Below are positions 1-12,214 of a DNA stretch of 64,000 nt, piece after piece; the stretch's first letter is position 1, and each line of letters starts with the position of its first letter. The DNA comes from Podarcis melisellensis. Taxonomy: Eukaryota. The stretch lies in NCBI GenBank assembly GCA_964234715.1, contig OZ174279.1. One strand, 5' to 3'. Below the pieces are notes generated by a model that saw only the letters and a program-made list of their open reading frames with translations, was not told the origin of the DNA and ran no database searches. The position numbers were made by a program, and so were the translations under genes.

Positions 1-174
1 GACTGGAAAGCACTGGACTAAGACCTGTTGACAGTCATGGGCTGGTAACACAGGTTTTATTTGGCACACCTTTTTAATCCAGTCAATATATAGCTGCATC
101 AATGTTTAATATAACAGACAAAATTAGCAGTGAGAATTTAGATAAAATCTGTAACTCAAAGGGTCCCTCTGTTC

Positions 175-311
175 CAGGTATGGAGAACCTCTGGCCTTCC
201 AGATGTTGCCAAACCACAACTCCTATCTGCCCCAGCAAGCATAGCCAGTGCCCAGGGATGATGGGTATTGTAGTTCAGCAATTCTGGAAGGCTAAAGCTT
301 CTCCACACCTG
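175..311. mobile_element. hAT-type palindromic MITE (diverged)
   Basis: CAGGTATGGAGAA...TTCTCCACACCTG termini; same internal ACAACTCC/GATGATGGG core as younger copies. Confidence 0.75.
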
Positions 312-1124
312 TTATATCCTGAAGGAGGCTTGTCTTACTGAATATACAAACTGTACCTTACTTTCTGGAAGCAACCTGCCATTCAACCTCTATTCTTCTC
401 TTAACTCAATCAGTAGGAGGAGGATCAGTAACCTTGGAGTATCCTGTTCCTTCTAGGTACTATGTATTAATTAATTCCGCTCAATTAAAATCAGCAGTTT
501 TGCTCATTTGTGTGCATTTTTCTTCTGGCCAACACATTAGAAAAGTATATTACCCCCTGCATATTTTCCAGGATTTGGTCTCATAACTCTCTCCCCCACG
601 TTGTGGGAAAAGTTGCTGCTGATAAGAAGATTGGCATGAAAGTTCTGATAACAGATATACCACTGTGTTCACTTCCAAAGGAGAGGGCGATTGCTCAATC
701 TTCAGAAAAAAGAAGAAAACAATAGGTGGCATTTATAGTTTCTTTAAGAAAAAATCCTTTTGGGATCATTTTTGAAAAAGCATGTTAAAACAACCTTAAG
801 ACGCACCTGTAGTATGTTGGAAATGTGGCCTTTGGCTTTAAGAGGGCTGGACTTAGGACCTAAAAGCTAAGCATTTCAAAATTCGTTTTATTGAACCTGT
901 TTCCTAGCTAGAATGCTTGGTGGGAAAGACTGGCCCTCTCGTGAGTGCCCCCTACACTACAAATAAAATGGTTTTAAACAGGTCTCAGAACAATTTATAA
1001 GTATAATGGCTTCCCTAAAGAACTTGAAGATTGTATTTTTATAAGGCTGCTGAGCTTTGTTTGGTAGACACATTTTCTTCTGCCTTAAAGTTTCTTGGGT
1101 TGCACTGGAATTGCATAAAACAAA

Positions 1125-1253
1125 GGAGGGTAACCTGTGGCCTTCCAGATGTTGTTAGACTCCAACTTTCGTTAACCCCAGCTGGCATGACCAAAGGACT
1201 GATATGATGGAAGCTGTAGTTCAGCAACATCAAGAACTGCATTTCCCCCACTT
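1125..1253. mobile_element. hAT-type palindromic MITE (diverged)
   Basis: AACCTGTGGCCTTCCAGATGTTG...TGTAGTTCAGCAACATC, same family core. Confidence 0.65.
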
Positions 1254-3221
1254 TTTCTTTTTTAAAAAAATTATAATGACCTTATAGGAATTGCAAATCC
1301 TAAAGGAAGTGGGTTATGAGTTTGTTTTTAGTGCTCTTAATCTGCTAAGATCATCAAGTTGTCTAGTTGCCATACCCACATACATCCCACTTTGGCCTGT
1401 TTTGGGCCCCCATCCATCTACATTTCAGATAGAACTGATTGCAGGATCAATGCAGGTTGTGTATATATGTATGGTAAGGGTAGGGTTCATAGTATCCATT
1501 CGAGTATGACTTAAAAACAATGACCTATTATGTTATTTGAAGCTTGTCAAAACCATGGTGGCACTGGAATCTACTAGGTATTATTACACTTCCCACAAGG
1601 AAACCATTGCATCATGACTGCAAAAATCAGGACGCAGTGGAGGAAAGTTACTGGAATCTATCTCAAATCTGGACAATCTAGCAGCAGTGCCAAGTATTCC
1701 AGGAAAATATGTCTTAAAAGGACAGTGCAGGCTAATTTGATATTTATAATACTATTCTCCCAAGCAGAGGTAAATGGAAAGACTACTTCAAAACAAAACA
1801 AAACAAAGCATATCCTCCCTTTTTAAAAAGTGTAGGGGACACCTATGATATTTTCTTTACATAGATACTGATGGAAAACATAGTACTTAATTAACAGCAA
1901 TTAATGTGACTGCAGCTGCTACCAATGCATTAAATTATCAGGATCTTTTTGCATATTACCTAGAAGTGATGACAGAACTGTGAGTCTCTCACACAAAGAA
2001 ACTTGCGTGAGCATCCCCATGCCAAATGCATGTGCTGTGCCCACACTGGGAGCGCATGAATTTGGCTTCCCTTTTCTCATGAGAACTGGAAATGTGGAGA
2101 GAGTGTGTCAGTTGTTTGCCACTGCTGGGTAATAGACAAAGTGATCCTTACAGGGCTTCAGTCCTTTAACTAGAAGGGTAAATGCTCCTCCTAATCCTAG
2201 AGTGTTCCTATCCAACTCATTCTAAATGCACACTGAAAGCATTGCAAACTAGAGCTGGAGTCTCCAGCAGGGAACCTCACAGCATGCAACCCGCATGGAA
2301 GTTAACTAGTTGGTGAAGGAGCTGCAAGGGATTAGGTCTGGTCTAAACGGACCCAATTAGATTAATTCTGTAATCTTCGCTGCTTCCTTGGTTTTGTTTC
2401 ATATTGCCTTTGACACTACGCAGATAACAATTCTAAATGTATATGAATATATATGTATTAATATATGGGGGGAAATAGCTTCTGATATTTGTTAGATGAA
2501 ATTATGTCCTGTATCTTCCTCCTTATATGATAAAGTAATTTCTTACTGAAGTCGAGAAGGAAGTCTAAGGTGGTGTGAGAAACATTGTCCCCCAGGATGA
2601 GCATATTATTTTTAAAAAAAATTTGTGGGGGTATCCCATTGTGACATCTGTTCAGAAAGGCTTTGGAAGACTTACAAATATCTACAAAACCTCTAACTAG
2701 AGACTTTAGTACAGTGGAATGTGTGTGTGCGCAGCATGGGTGACAATCATCCCAACTTAACTTCTCTAAATAAGTTCTGTTCCCAGACTGAAGCTTCCAA
2801 GATGCTTCATTGAATTTTTTTGGGGAAGCTTTCCTTTCAAAATGTTAATTTCCTACCCACCTGGAAAACACCTACAGTCCATTTATTCTCCATCTATGCC
2901 AAATCTGTATAGTATATTAATCTCTTGGCACTACATGTCAGCTACTCCAGCTTCTTCGCAGCTCCTGTCAGGCATTCTTTAGCTCAGACAGAGCGTAAAT
3001 CATCTGGGCATTGGGATCACATCATTAAGACCTGTACAGCACCTGGCACTAGGCTGACACTAAATAATAGGAGCCTCTCATAAAAGATGATATATTCTAC
3101 AGGCCAAATTAAGCAGGGGCTAGGATATGTCTGCGGAATTTAATAAACAATCAGTGCACTTAGGGGGACCTCCAACTTTCATTGCTACATGCAGAGGATG
3201 ATTTTCTTGTTGCTTGCAAAG

Positions 3222-3266
<45 letters not shown>
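3222..3266. repeat. (ATA)n microsatellite
   Basis: Pure ATA tandem run. Confidence 0.95.
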
Positions 3267-3299
3267 TGCTTAGATCCATCCTGCTCCCATCTTGCTGCA

Positions 3300-4700
3300 C
3301 CTGTCAGCAGTCCCGTTTCGGATATTGGGCAAGGGTTGCAGTTCCGTGGTAGCGCACGTGCTCTGCGCGCAGAAACCCCTGGTTTGATCCCTGCCATCTC
3401 CCGCTAAGCCAAGGAAAGGCCTTGCCGCCTGAAACCTCGGAGGAGGTGCTCCTCCTCCGTGCAAATGCTGGAATGGATGGACCAAGGGCCTGATTCGGCA
3501 GCAGCCCGCTTCCCCGTCCCCTCGTGGTGCACAAGGTCTTCTCTTTCCCGTCTGTCGCTTCACTTCACCGAGCCCCGGCCGCCCTCGGCAAGGCAGCTGG
3601 TAGGTGTACCCAGTGCGGTACGCCGCCGGTAATAGGTTCTATACATATGCATGCAGTACGCATTGTGAGAAAGCAGGTCCTGTGCTTATTAGATAGGTAC
3701 ACCTGGCCACGTTTCTTACCCCCCCTTCCCGGCGTGTGTGTAGTGTGACCCACTGTGACTCACCCCCCCCCCCCGACATCTGGCAAGCGGAGCAGGGGAA
3801 GCTCAGCAATGGCTGGCTTCCCTCCGGCAGGGCGGAGGCGCTCCTAGTGGCTCCCGGCTCGCGAGTAAGTACGACCGCGGGGGGGCCCGAGCGAGCGGCC
3901 TGCTTCGGGGGCCCCTCCGCCGCCGTCGCCCCTTTAAGGGAGGCCGGACGCGCTGTGTTTAATGTATCAAATTGTGGCGGGTCACGTGAGGCCCCGGAGA
4001 AGGGGTTGAGCAGCGCCGCGGCAGTAGCCGCTGAGAGTCGACCGAGCCGGGCAGCGAGGGGCTGGCGGTGGCTGCGGCGGCTGGGGCTAGGCAGGGCTGG
4101 GCTGGGCGCAGACCCGGCGGAGGGGAGGGGAGCGAGGCGAGGCGAGGCCCGGGACGGAGGCAGCGGCTCCCTCCGGATTGGACTCCCCATTCTCTCCCTC
4201 CTTCCTTCTTTTCCTCCCTCCCCCCCTTTTTTGTCCTTGCTCCTCTGGAGGACTTCGCGTTTCGTGATTTATCGGAACCGATTGATCGATCGATCGGCTT
4301 ATTGATCGGTTAAAGGGGCCCTTGCTGCTCGGGCGACACGAAGCCGGGATCGGGTTGAGCCGCTGCTCCTTTAAAGCCGAGCCGGGGAGGGCGGGGGGGG
4401 GGAGAGGAGAAGGGGAAATCCTGCGATGCGCCCTTGATCTTTAGTCATCCTTCCGCCCTTGAGTTCCTTCATACCCCCCACCCCACCCCCACCCCTCTCC
4501 CCCCTTTCACACCGACCCTAATGCGCTTTCACCGCCCCTGGGAGAAGAAGAGGAGAGGAAGAGGCGGCGGCGGCGGCGGCATCGCTACCTATTCCTATAG
4601 GCAACCCCCCTTCACCTTGATTGCCACCCCGTCGATCTACGCAAAAGACCTCGATTAATTTTTATTGTGCCATCCGCTCTCTTTCTCCCTCTCTCTCTCT
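3300..4700. promoter_or_regulatory. TRIM8: CpG island, likely TRIM8 promoter and non-coding first exon region
   Basis: GC-rich and CpG-dense against CpG-depleted flanks; GC boxes, E-box GTCACGTGAG at 3981-3990, 5'UTR-like GGCGGC runs; ~2.2 kb upstream of the ATG. Boundaries approximate. Confidence 0.85.
3327..3515 (+). mobile_element. tRNA-derived SINE (Squam2/Anolis SINE2-like), CpG-rich copy
   Basis: A-box-like GGGTTGCAGTTCCGTGGTAGCGCA and B-box-like GGTTTGATCCC; body colinear with the copy at 22695-22886 (CTGAAAC...GATGGACC...GGCCTGA). Family name from recall. Confidence 0.7.
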
Positions 4701-5774
4701 CTCTCTCTCTCTCACCCCGGCTCGTTCTCGCATTATTTTGCAAACCTTGAGGGGAGGGGGCTAATAGTTTTTTTTTAAAATGGGCTGTATGTATGCTGGG
4801 GAAAGAGAGCTCTTCGCTTAGCTCCCCCATCCTGCGCCTTGCATCAGGAAAAGGTTTTTTTTTTAATAAAAAAAATCTATATAGGGTTTTGTTTTCCCCC
4901 CGGTTGGGGGTGTATTGAATCTGAATAATCAGACATATAAACCTATTTTCCACCCCTATCTCCCAGTTTACGTGATCCGGAACGTCTATATTATTCCCTG
5001 CTTTCGTTCTGCGTGATAGCGTGGCAATAAGATACCTCTCCTCTGCATCCGACACCCTCCCCCCTTTAATTTTCGTGGGGTCTTTTTCTCTCGGGTTGAA
5101 ATCGTGGCTCTATTCTATGTTGTTTGTTTCTCTTGCATGTGGCAAAGGTGAAAGATCGTCTGATCCATTGGTCTGCTACTTAATTCTTGTTGTTTGTGAC
5201 TGAGGGAGCATTAGAAAGAGGTGCGGAAGATAGAGGTGCGTGCCTGTCTGTATGTGTTTGTGTGTATATATAGATATATACACTATATATATATTTATAA
5301 ATCACACACACACGCACACACAGTTTTTAAAATAGAATTTTATTTAAAAGATTAGGGGAGACCCAAGATGGCTGGAGGTGGTTGTGAGGAGTATGTAGGG
5401 TTTTTTTTGATCTGATGATAAAAGCTAAAAGGCACAGCAGCTGCGGCTGTATAAACTCAATTTAAAACCCTCCCCTTCCCTCCCTCTCTTCTCTCTCCCC
5501 CCCCAATCAGGCGCACACTTTGCAGGGTGGTGCCATCCACCCCTTGTACCCCCCTCCTGTGTTTTTTTTAAGCAGGTTTGTTTCTACTTTCTAAAATAGA
5601 ATTTAAAAATCTACCAATTAAAAAAAATCAGCTCAAAATGGCTGAGGACTGACTGTGTCCTCTTGGAATTGTACATTTCAGCAGTTCCCTTTAAGCTGCT
5701 GCTGTCTCTCCTCTCCTCTCCTCTCTCTCCTCCCCCCTCCGGTTTTTTTTTTTTTTTTTTTTTTTTTTTTGCAG

Positions 5775-6863
5775 GCTGGTTCCAAAAGGAGAAATAGCTT
5801 TCATGTCAGAAGGAAAACAGAGAAGCAAAGGGGAAGAGGCGGGGGCTGGGCTCTTCATTAGCAGTTGAGAAATTCCTATTCAGTTTGATCAAGGCATACT
5901 TGTTTTCCTTCCAGCAAGAGCAGCCCATCACTTTCCAAAAGACCAAGGGTTTTTGGAAGTGGGGGGAGGATTGTTTCCATTTCAGTCCTGCTAAAATAAA
6001 AACCGAGGCAGATTTTAAGAAGGCAGAAATCCCACGAGGTATTGTGAGCAGGTTGATTCTCTGGGCTGAATTTGTCTTCAGTGGTTTCCACCCTCCCTGG
6101 GTTGTCCTCCCCCTCTTCTCTTCATTCCTATTTGTGAAAGGAGCTAAGGATGGGAGGGTCCCTTTGGCTCTGGGCTGGAATTTCATCCGAATGATTGACC
6201 CGTCTTCCTACTGAGATTGCACTCTTCCAAAGCCAATGAAGAACATATATATATTTTGCACCATTCAGCTGCATTAGAAGTTAGCTGGTCTTGCGTTTGG
6301 ATTGTATCTCCCAACTTTTTTGTGGTTTAATTAAAGACTTGCATTCTGAACTCTTTGATGGGAGGACAAATAATTTGAAAAGCGATTCTTTTGAGTTTGG
6401 TCAGGAGAGAGACAAGTTCTTTTAAAATATCAAATCTTGGGCAGAAAGAGACAATAATTTGGCAGTGTTTAACTTAGAAGGTTTATATGGCATTTGGACT
6501 CCATTCTGGATTTTGTATGGAATTTTTTCAGTTCTCGGTAAGTTCTTTGCTTTTGCTTTTTAGAATCAAAACTTAAAACTTTAAGTTAAAGATTGTTTGA
6601 TTTTAAACCTTGCAAGCTTTTGTTGTTAACTTACTTGTACCTATTGGATCGTGCTGCTGGGTTTTCCGGTGTGTGTCTCTGTGTGTTGTTTTACCTGGAA
6701 TCTTAGGAGATAATTCTCAATTTAATTTTATTTTTTTTGTTCATTAGCAACTTAGTGGCCTTTCTGTTGCAAAAGTGGAAACTCATCACCATCTGCGTTA
6801 GTAGACCAAAAACTGACTTTTTAAAGAGAGATTGCTGAAAATAAAAATCTGTTGGTGTGAGAC
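5775..6863 (+). other. TRIM8: Putative long 5' leader of TRIM8 with uORFs and a possible internal intron 6538-6747
   Basis: T-run plus GCAG acceptor ending 5774; internal donor TCG/GTAAGT at 6538 and T-rich acceptor TTCATTAG ending 6747. Confidence 0.5.
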
Positions 6864-7433
6864 ATGGCTGAAAACTGGAAGAACTGTTTTGAAGAAGAAC
6901 TTATATGCCCCATTTGCCTGCATGTCTTTGTGGAACCTGTCCAGCTTCCTTGTAAGCACAACTTTTGTAGAGGATGCATAGGAGAGGCATGGGCCAAAGA
7001 GACAGGGCTTGTGCGTTGTCCTGAATGTAATCAGGCCTACAACCAAAAGCCCAACCTTGAGAAGAACTTAAAGCTGACCAACATTGTGGAGAAGTTCAAC
7101 TCTCTCAACCTGGAAAAGACTCCCTCCGTCTTACACTGTGTCTTCTGCCGGCGTGGGCCACCTTTGCCTGCCCAGAAGATCTGCCTGAGGTGCGAAGCTC
7201 CCTGCTGCCAGTCTCATGTTCAGACACACCTGCAGCAGCCCTCCACAGCACGTGGGCACCTCCTGGTGGAGGCGGATGACGTCAGGGCCTGGAGTTGCCC
7301 CCAGCACAATGCCTACCGGTTGTACCACTGCGAGGCTGAGCAGGTTGCGGTTTGCCAGTTTTGTTGCTACTACAGTGGGGCACACCAAGGGCATTCGGTG
7401 TGTGACGTGGAGATCCGGCGCAATGAGATCAGG
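6864..7433 (+). CDS. TRIM8: TRIM8 coding exon 1 (RING, B-box1, B-box2; aa 1-190)
   Basis: MAENWKNCFEEELICPICLHVFVEPVQLPCKHNFCRGCI...VEIRRNEIR is recognisable TRIM8; C3HC4 RING; Kozak GACATGG; donor AGG/GTAAGT at 7434; 570 nt, phase 0. Confidence 0.98.
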
Positions 7434-8110
7434 GTAAGTGTGGAAAATTGCCTCCATGTTGTTGCTGGTTTTGGTCTGGAAGGTACTAGCAGAGTGTGTG
7501 GTGCCGTGCAAGAGAAGCTCAAAAAGTAAATTCTCTGCCACAGAGTGTATCCAGTTTATAAAAGACCAACCCCCCCACCCAAACCCATTAGATCTGCCAG
7601 GCCTGATCAGAGGCCCAAGAAGGCACTGTTGAGACAAGGTAAATAATAACTGGTGGTGCAATGAAACCGTGTGTCCCCCTCCCCTCCAGTTTTCTCGATT
7701 GCACATCAACTGGATCAATATTGGCCCAGCAGCTCTTTTAAACCTCTAGTTCTGCCAGGAACAGTTTTATCCTTAATGAGAAAGGCTGCCTCTTCTACTC
7801 AAATGGTGCCTTTTACAATAAGGAGCCATTCTGTCTAAAGGTGACCTTACTATTTCTGTTTATTTATTATTATTTTTTTGCAAGGCCTACAGAAAATATT
7901 TTCCCATCGGTGCCAATAAGGGTTTTCTGTGGGTTGCTGTGTGCAGTCTTGCTCCACCTTTACCAGTGCTTGTGCTGACATCTTAGATGTGCTGAAAACG
8001 AGGAAGTAAACAAAAGCTGACATGATCTTTTCAGGCCTCATTAGAAATGCATCAAGGGAAATAGACCCTCACTGAACAGGATGTGATGGGGGAAGGGAAG
8101 CGGGTAAAGC

Positions 8111-8111
<1 letters not shown>

Positions 8112-8142
<31 letters not shown>
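8112..8142. repeat. (GT)n microsatellite
   Basis: Pure GT run. Confidence 0.95.
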
Positions 8143-8143
<1 letters not shown>

Positions 8144-11100
8144 TGCTTTCAATTTGAATGTAGCCATTCAAACAATAGTGGGGGGATGGGGTGTGTGGTG
8201 GTGGTCTCTGAGGTTGTTTGTCACCCTGTGAAAACAATAGGACCTTCAAATCTTCTAACTGCTCCGCAAACAATTGGGAGAATAGGAGGAAATCTGCTAA
8301 AGCTGCAGGTCATTTGTATATAGTTAAGAGATAAGCACAGGCCTATTAGCAGGTATAAAAGGGTTCTCCCTGTAGATAATTCTTCTCAGTAGTCAGCAAG
8401 TGCTGCAAATGATGCTTGGCAACTCCTGCCCCCACATTGCTTTCTCCCCCCCTTTTTAATTAAATAAGCCTCCCTTTGCTCTCTGGCTTGCCCTGGGAAC
8501 CTTTTCGACAGGCCCAACCCCTCTGCTGCTCTCCCACAAGAATGGAGCAGAGGGGAAATCCAATGGACTGGGCGGCTGAGTGCTCTGAAATCTGGTTTTG
8601 GGCAGCTTTTTCTCCTAGGGGTTGGGAGCCAGGCCTTGATTACAATGCAGCTCTCCTATTGTAAGGCTTGTCAATGTCGACTCTCCATCTTCCTCCCTCC
8701 CTTCCCTGTCCTTTCTGGGCCAAGCTGCTGAGAAGGGGGAAAATTCCATATGACCTCCGTCCCTCTCTCATCATTGCCTTGGTTTCATGCTCTGGAGGGG
8801 AGAGGTGGGAGGCCATTTCTCCTTTCTGAACCATCCAGATGGGAAGGCTTATCCCAGTGACAAGCCATTCTTTAGGGTTGGAAGAAAGAGAGTTTCATTG
8901 GCATGGCTGCCTAAATGCCCAGCAGGTTCAGGGTAGCATTATGTCCCATCAGTGGAACAGTGTTTGGGGCAGCGAGGGTGGGGTGTGTGTGTGGAATGGC
9001 AAAGGAGTTATTTGCAATTCAAAGATCTGTGGCTTTTGGATAATAAGTTGAAACCTGAGATAATGGCATTATTGGTTGGTGTTGCACATGCAGAAATTGG
9101 GGGATTGGGACAGAATATCTCCATAAGGATCCATGAAGGTTGACTGAGGGATGCGTCCTCAGGGTCATTTAATGTAGTTGCAGCAGCGTGGCCTGGCTAA
9201 TAGTGGGAAAAAAGGTGACTGAAGACTGTTAAAAGAATAGATTTCACCCATAAGCACGCACACACACCACTTCCATTTACACATGCTTATGGTTCTAATC
9301 TGCATTGGTGAAGGAGACCTTGGAAGTAGGGAGGGAGATTTTACAGCAGGTTACTTCAGATTTACTTCAAGGAGCATAAGTCAAACAGGCAGGCAGGTGT
9401 CTGAGGCAGCATCTTCCCCAAACCTGGTTGCCTAGGCCTTCCCCCCCCCCTTGTTCCTCTCCGCTTAGGCCCCTGCCTCTTCTTTCTGACCCGATCCTGT
9501 TGCCTTGAAACCTCAAAGCGGCGCAAACAGGCCCTCAGCTTCTCTTCAGGCATCGTTGTGTAGGATAAATATTTAACAACAAATGAAGAGTGGTGCCTGT
9601 AAAACAGGGACAACTTCCTGTGTATTCTAACAGTGCCAAAATGACTCACGATTTAGCCATTAAAAAGCGGAGTGGGTGGAGGGAGAGAGAGAAAGAAAGA
9701 AAGAAAGAGAGGAGTTGTAAATAAAATTTGCTATCTCATTATTTTCCAATTGGACAGCCAGGTCCTTGCGGGGATTTTCGGGGCAGAAAGAGGAGCCTGT
9801 GAGCTTGAACAGGAAGGCTGTTTTCTCCCCCCTCCCCCCCCCGTTTTCTTTTTGGAAAGCCAAAAGATCTCCTTGGAGGTGCCAGCGGTTCCACCACGCC
9901 CACACAGGAAGAAGGAAGATCTAGCTAGGCTGCTAGGAAGCTCAAAGGGTTGGTTTCTCCCTTCCCCCTCCTTTCTTTCTATTAATAGGCACCCATGAGG
10001 GAGAAGAGGGAGGAATGCTGGGTTAAGCAGAAAAGATGCCTTTTTCCCCCAGATCTGGGAGAGGCCTGGTGATGACGTGACTGGTGAATTGAGACTGGCA
10101 AATCCCAGTGGCAATTCATTTTAGAGAGAGCTTGTTCTTAATGAGTCAATTTTTAGGAATTTTTTAGCTGGGTCCACACCCATCTTTCTGCTAGAAGTTT
10201 CTGTTTGGGGTTTCTTTCTTTTGCTGAAGGCTTTTTAATGTGGAAGCTACGGCCAGTCTCCTTTTAGTCTCTCTCTTCTTTTAGTAGTTGGGCCGCATTC
10301 TGCTCAGGTTGCGCAAAATTCCTTCCAGAATCTCCACTGGGGATTTGCCTGAATAAGCAGGGATGGCCTGGACCAGCTACAGCGGCTGAACTCTGTGTCC
10401 TTGTTGTGTTGGGATGGGCAGATCTGGGTTCTGTTCTCTCTTCTGCTGGCAAAGAGTTTGCCCATTGTACAGTGTAGCTTGTGTGCTTCTCTTGGCTCTG
10501 CCAAACCTACCACCTTTTGGGTGGTAAGCTACTTAATGCACGAAGGCTCACTTGTCTCCTATAGCTCTTTTTAACCACCCCTGAGCTTGTGTTTGCCACT
10601 TCTCACTGAAAGTAATGAGGTTTTTAAAGTTGAGGCTTCCCATGCAATAATATCTGAATAGAATATTTGCTTAAGCTCTGAAAGAGCTGAGCTGCTACAT
10701 CACTTTGCTGCTCCCTGAAAGAGCACTGCTAGCTTAGAGGTATGCCCATCCCAGTTGTCTTTTCACATAATATGCGTCTGAATGGAGCCAAAGTATACGT
10801 TGTCCCTCTTGCTCTTGCACATTCCTTTTCAAGAGTGTCCCTTTCCCCCTGCCCTTCCTTTGTTTTCCTCTACTGTTGAAATTTCAGCTGTAAATGAAGT
10901 GGGGGCAGGGACTGGCATCTCTTGCTTAGGCTCTTTCTTCATAAAGCACCATGTGTGTTGTTGGTGATATAGCTGCCAGTATCTGATGCAGTCTGCACCT
11001 CTTCCTGTCTTGAGTGTTGCTACATTCCCAGTTTCTTTGCTTGAAGGTTAGTACTTCATTAAAGAAGCATCAGCCTTGCCACTGTATCTCTCACACCACC

Positions 11101-11164
11101 TTTGACTAGCATGCTGAGATGTTCCTCCTCCTGATTGTTCTGTTGCTCTGCAAAAAAGTGTGTG

Positions 11165-11168
<4 letters not shown>

Positions 11169-11235
<67 letters not shown>

Positions 11236-11244
11236 TGTGTGTGT
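11169..11244. repeat. Compound (CT)n(GT)n microsatellite
   Basis: CT run followed directly by a GT run. Confidence 0.95.
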
Positions 11245-11457
11245 CTGTCACCCCCCCTCCTTTTTGAAAAATTAAAAATCCCGTTTCTATATGCTCCTAT
11301 GTGGCAATTTCCCTGGAAACCTCTTTTATTTTTTTGGACAGCCATGTGATTTTAGGCTGCACAGATTTCATTGTGCAAATTAAGCAATCTCTATCATGCT
11401 TTTTAAAAGAAAAAGAAAAAAGAATAGAAAAAGGCATCCTGTCCTATGAGAAGGAGG

Positions 11458-11458
<1 letters not shown>

Positions 11459-11492
<34 letters not shown>
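11459..11492. repeat. (ATT)n microsatellite
   Basis: Pure ATT run. Confidence 0.95.
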
Positions 11493-11494
<2 letters not shown>

Positions 11495-12099
11495 TATAAC
11501 CCAGTTTTAGTATAAACTTTATTGTGCCCCTTCCGCTGTCCCTTCCAGGCCATTTTCCACTTCAGGGGCTCCCCCCATGGACCTAATGTTCAGAAATGAA
11601 ATGAGGCACACTGGTACAAGGGCCCCCTAAACTGTGAACTAGCATTAGGAGAGGTATGGGGAGCTGTAGTCCAGCAGCTCCCATAATCTCTGAGCAGCAG
11701 CCATTGTGGCTGTGGATGATGGATGTTGGGAGACTAGCAATGTTGGGCGGTTGGCAGGTTCTCCCGTCCTGCTTTAGGAAAAGGCAGCTAAGATCTAGAC
11801 AAGGGTCTAGGGCAAAGATTAATAACGAATGTTTGACCTTTAAACAATGGAATTCATGAGTGGTAAAGTTTAGGGTGCATCTTCTTGGAGTGTTTCTGCC
11901 AATACTGGAGGGCTATTTTAATGGCTTAATTTTGGGTAAAGAAGTGGCAAGTACAACAGGGAGACACTTAGCTGGTGGTGGGAGGAGAAATCAAACGCAA
12001 ACTCCTGGATTGTTGCCAGGTATGTTAAAGGGCGCATATATACACTGCTGAGCCTTTAGTCCGTTTGTCTTGTGAGCCTGTTTGTCTTTTTTTAAATGA

Positions 12100-12185
12100 A
12101 TGAGAACCTAAGGAGAGCCTGCTGGATCAGGTCAAAGGTGCAAGCTAGCCCAGCACTGTGCATTCACGGGGACCAACCAGATTGG
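12100..12185 (-). mobile_element. LINE 3' tail fragment (L2/CR1-group-like)
   Basis: GAGAACCTAAGGAGAGCCTGCTGGATCAG is the reverse complement of the tail at 39760-39790. Confidence 0.55.
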
Positions 12186-12214
12186 GGGGTTGCCGTGTCA
12201 AGATGCTTGCAGTA

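Noticed and set aside
1-3200. Possible 3' end of the upstream neighbour (SUFU by human synteny)
   Set aside because: No SUFU coding sequence is visible, and a UTR cannot be identified from sequence alone.
3639-4305. Overlapping 183-aa and 189-aa ORFs
   Set aside because: Ala/Gly/Arg/Pro-rich frames expected from stop-poor CpG-island DNA; no domain recognised.
7434-7529. 31-aa read-through extension of the exon 1 ORF
   Set aside because: A consensus donor at 7434 matches the conserved TRIM8 exon boundary; no strong nearby AATAAA supports a truncated isoform.
7131-7718. 195-aa antisense ORF
   Set aside because: Shadow frame of TRIM8 exon 1; no recognisable protein.
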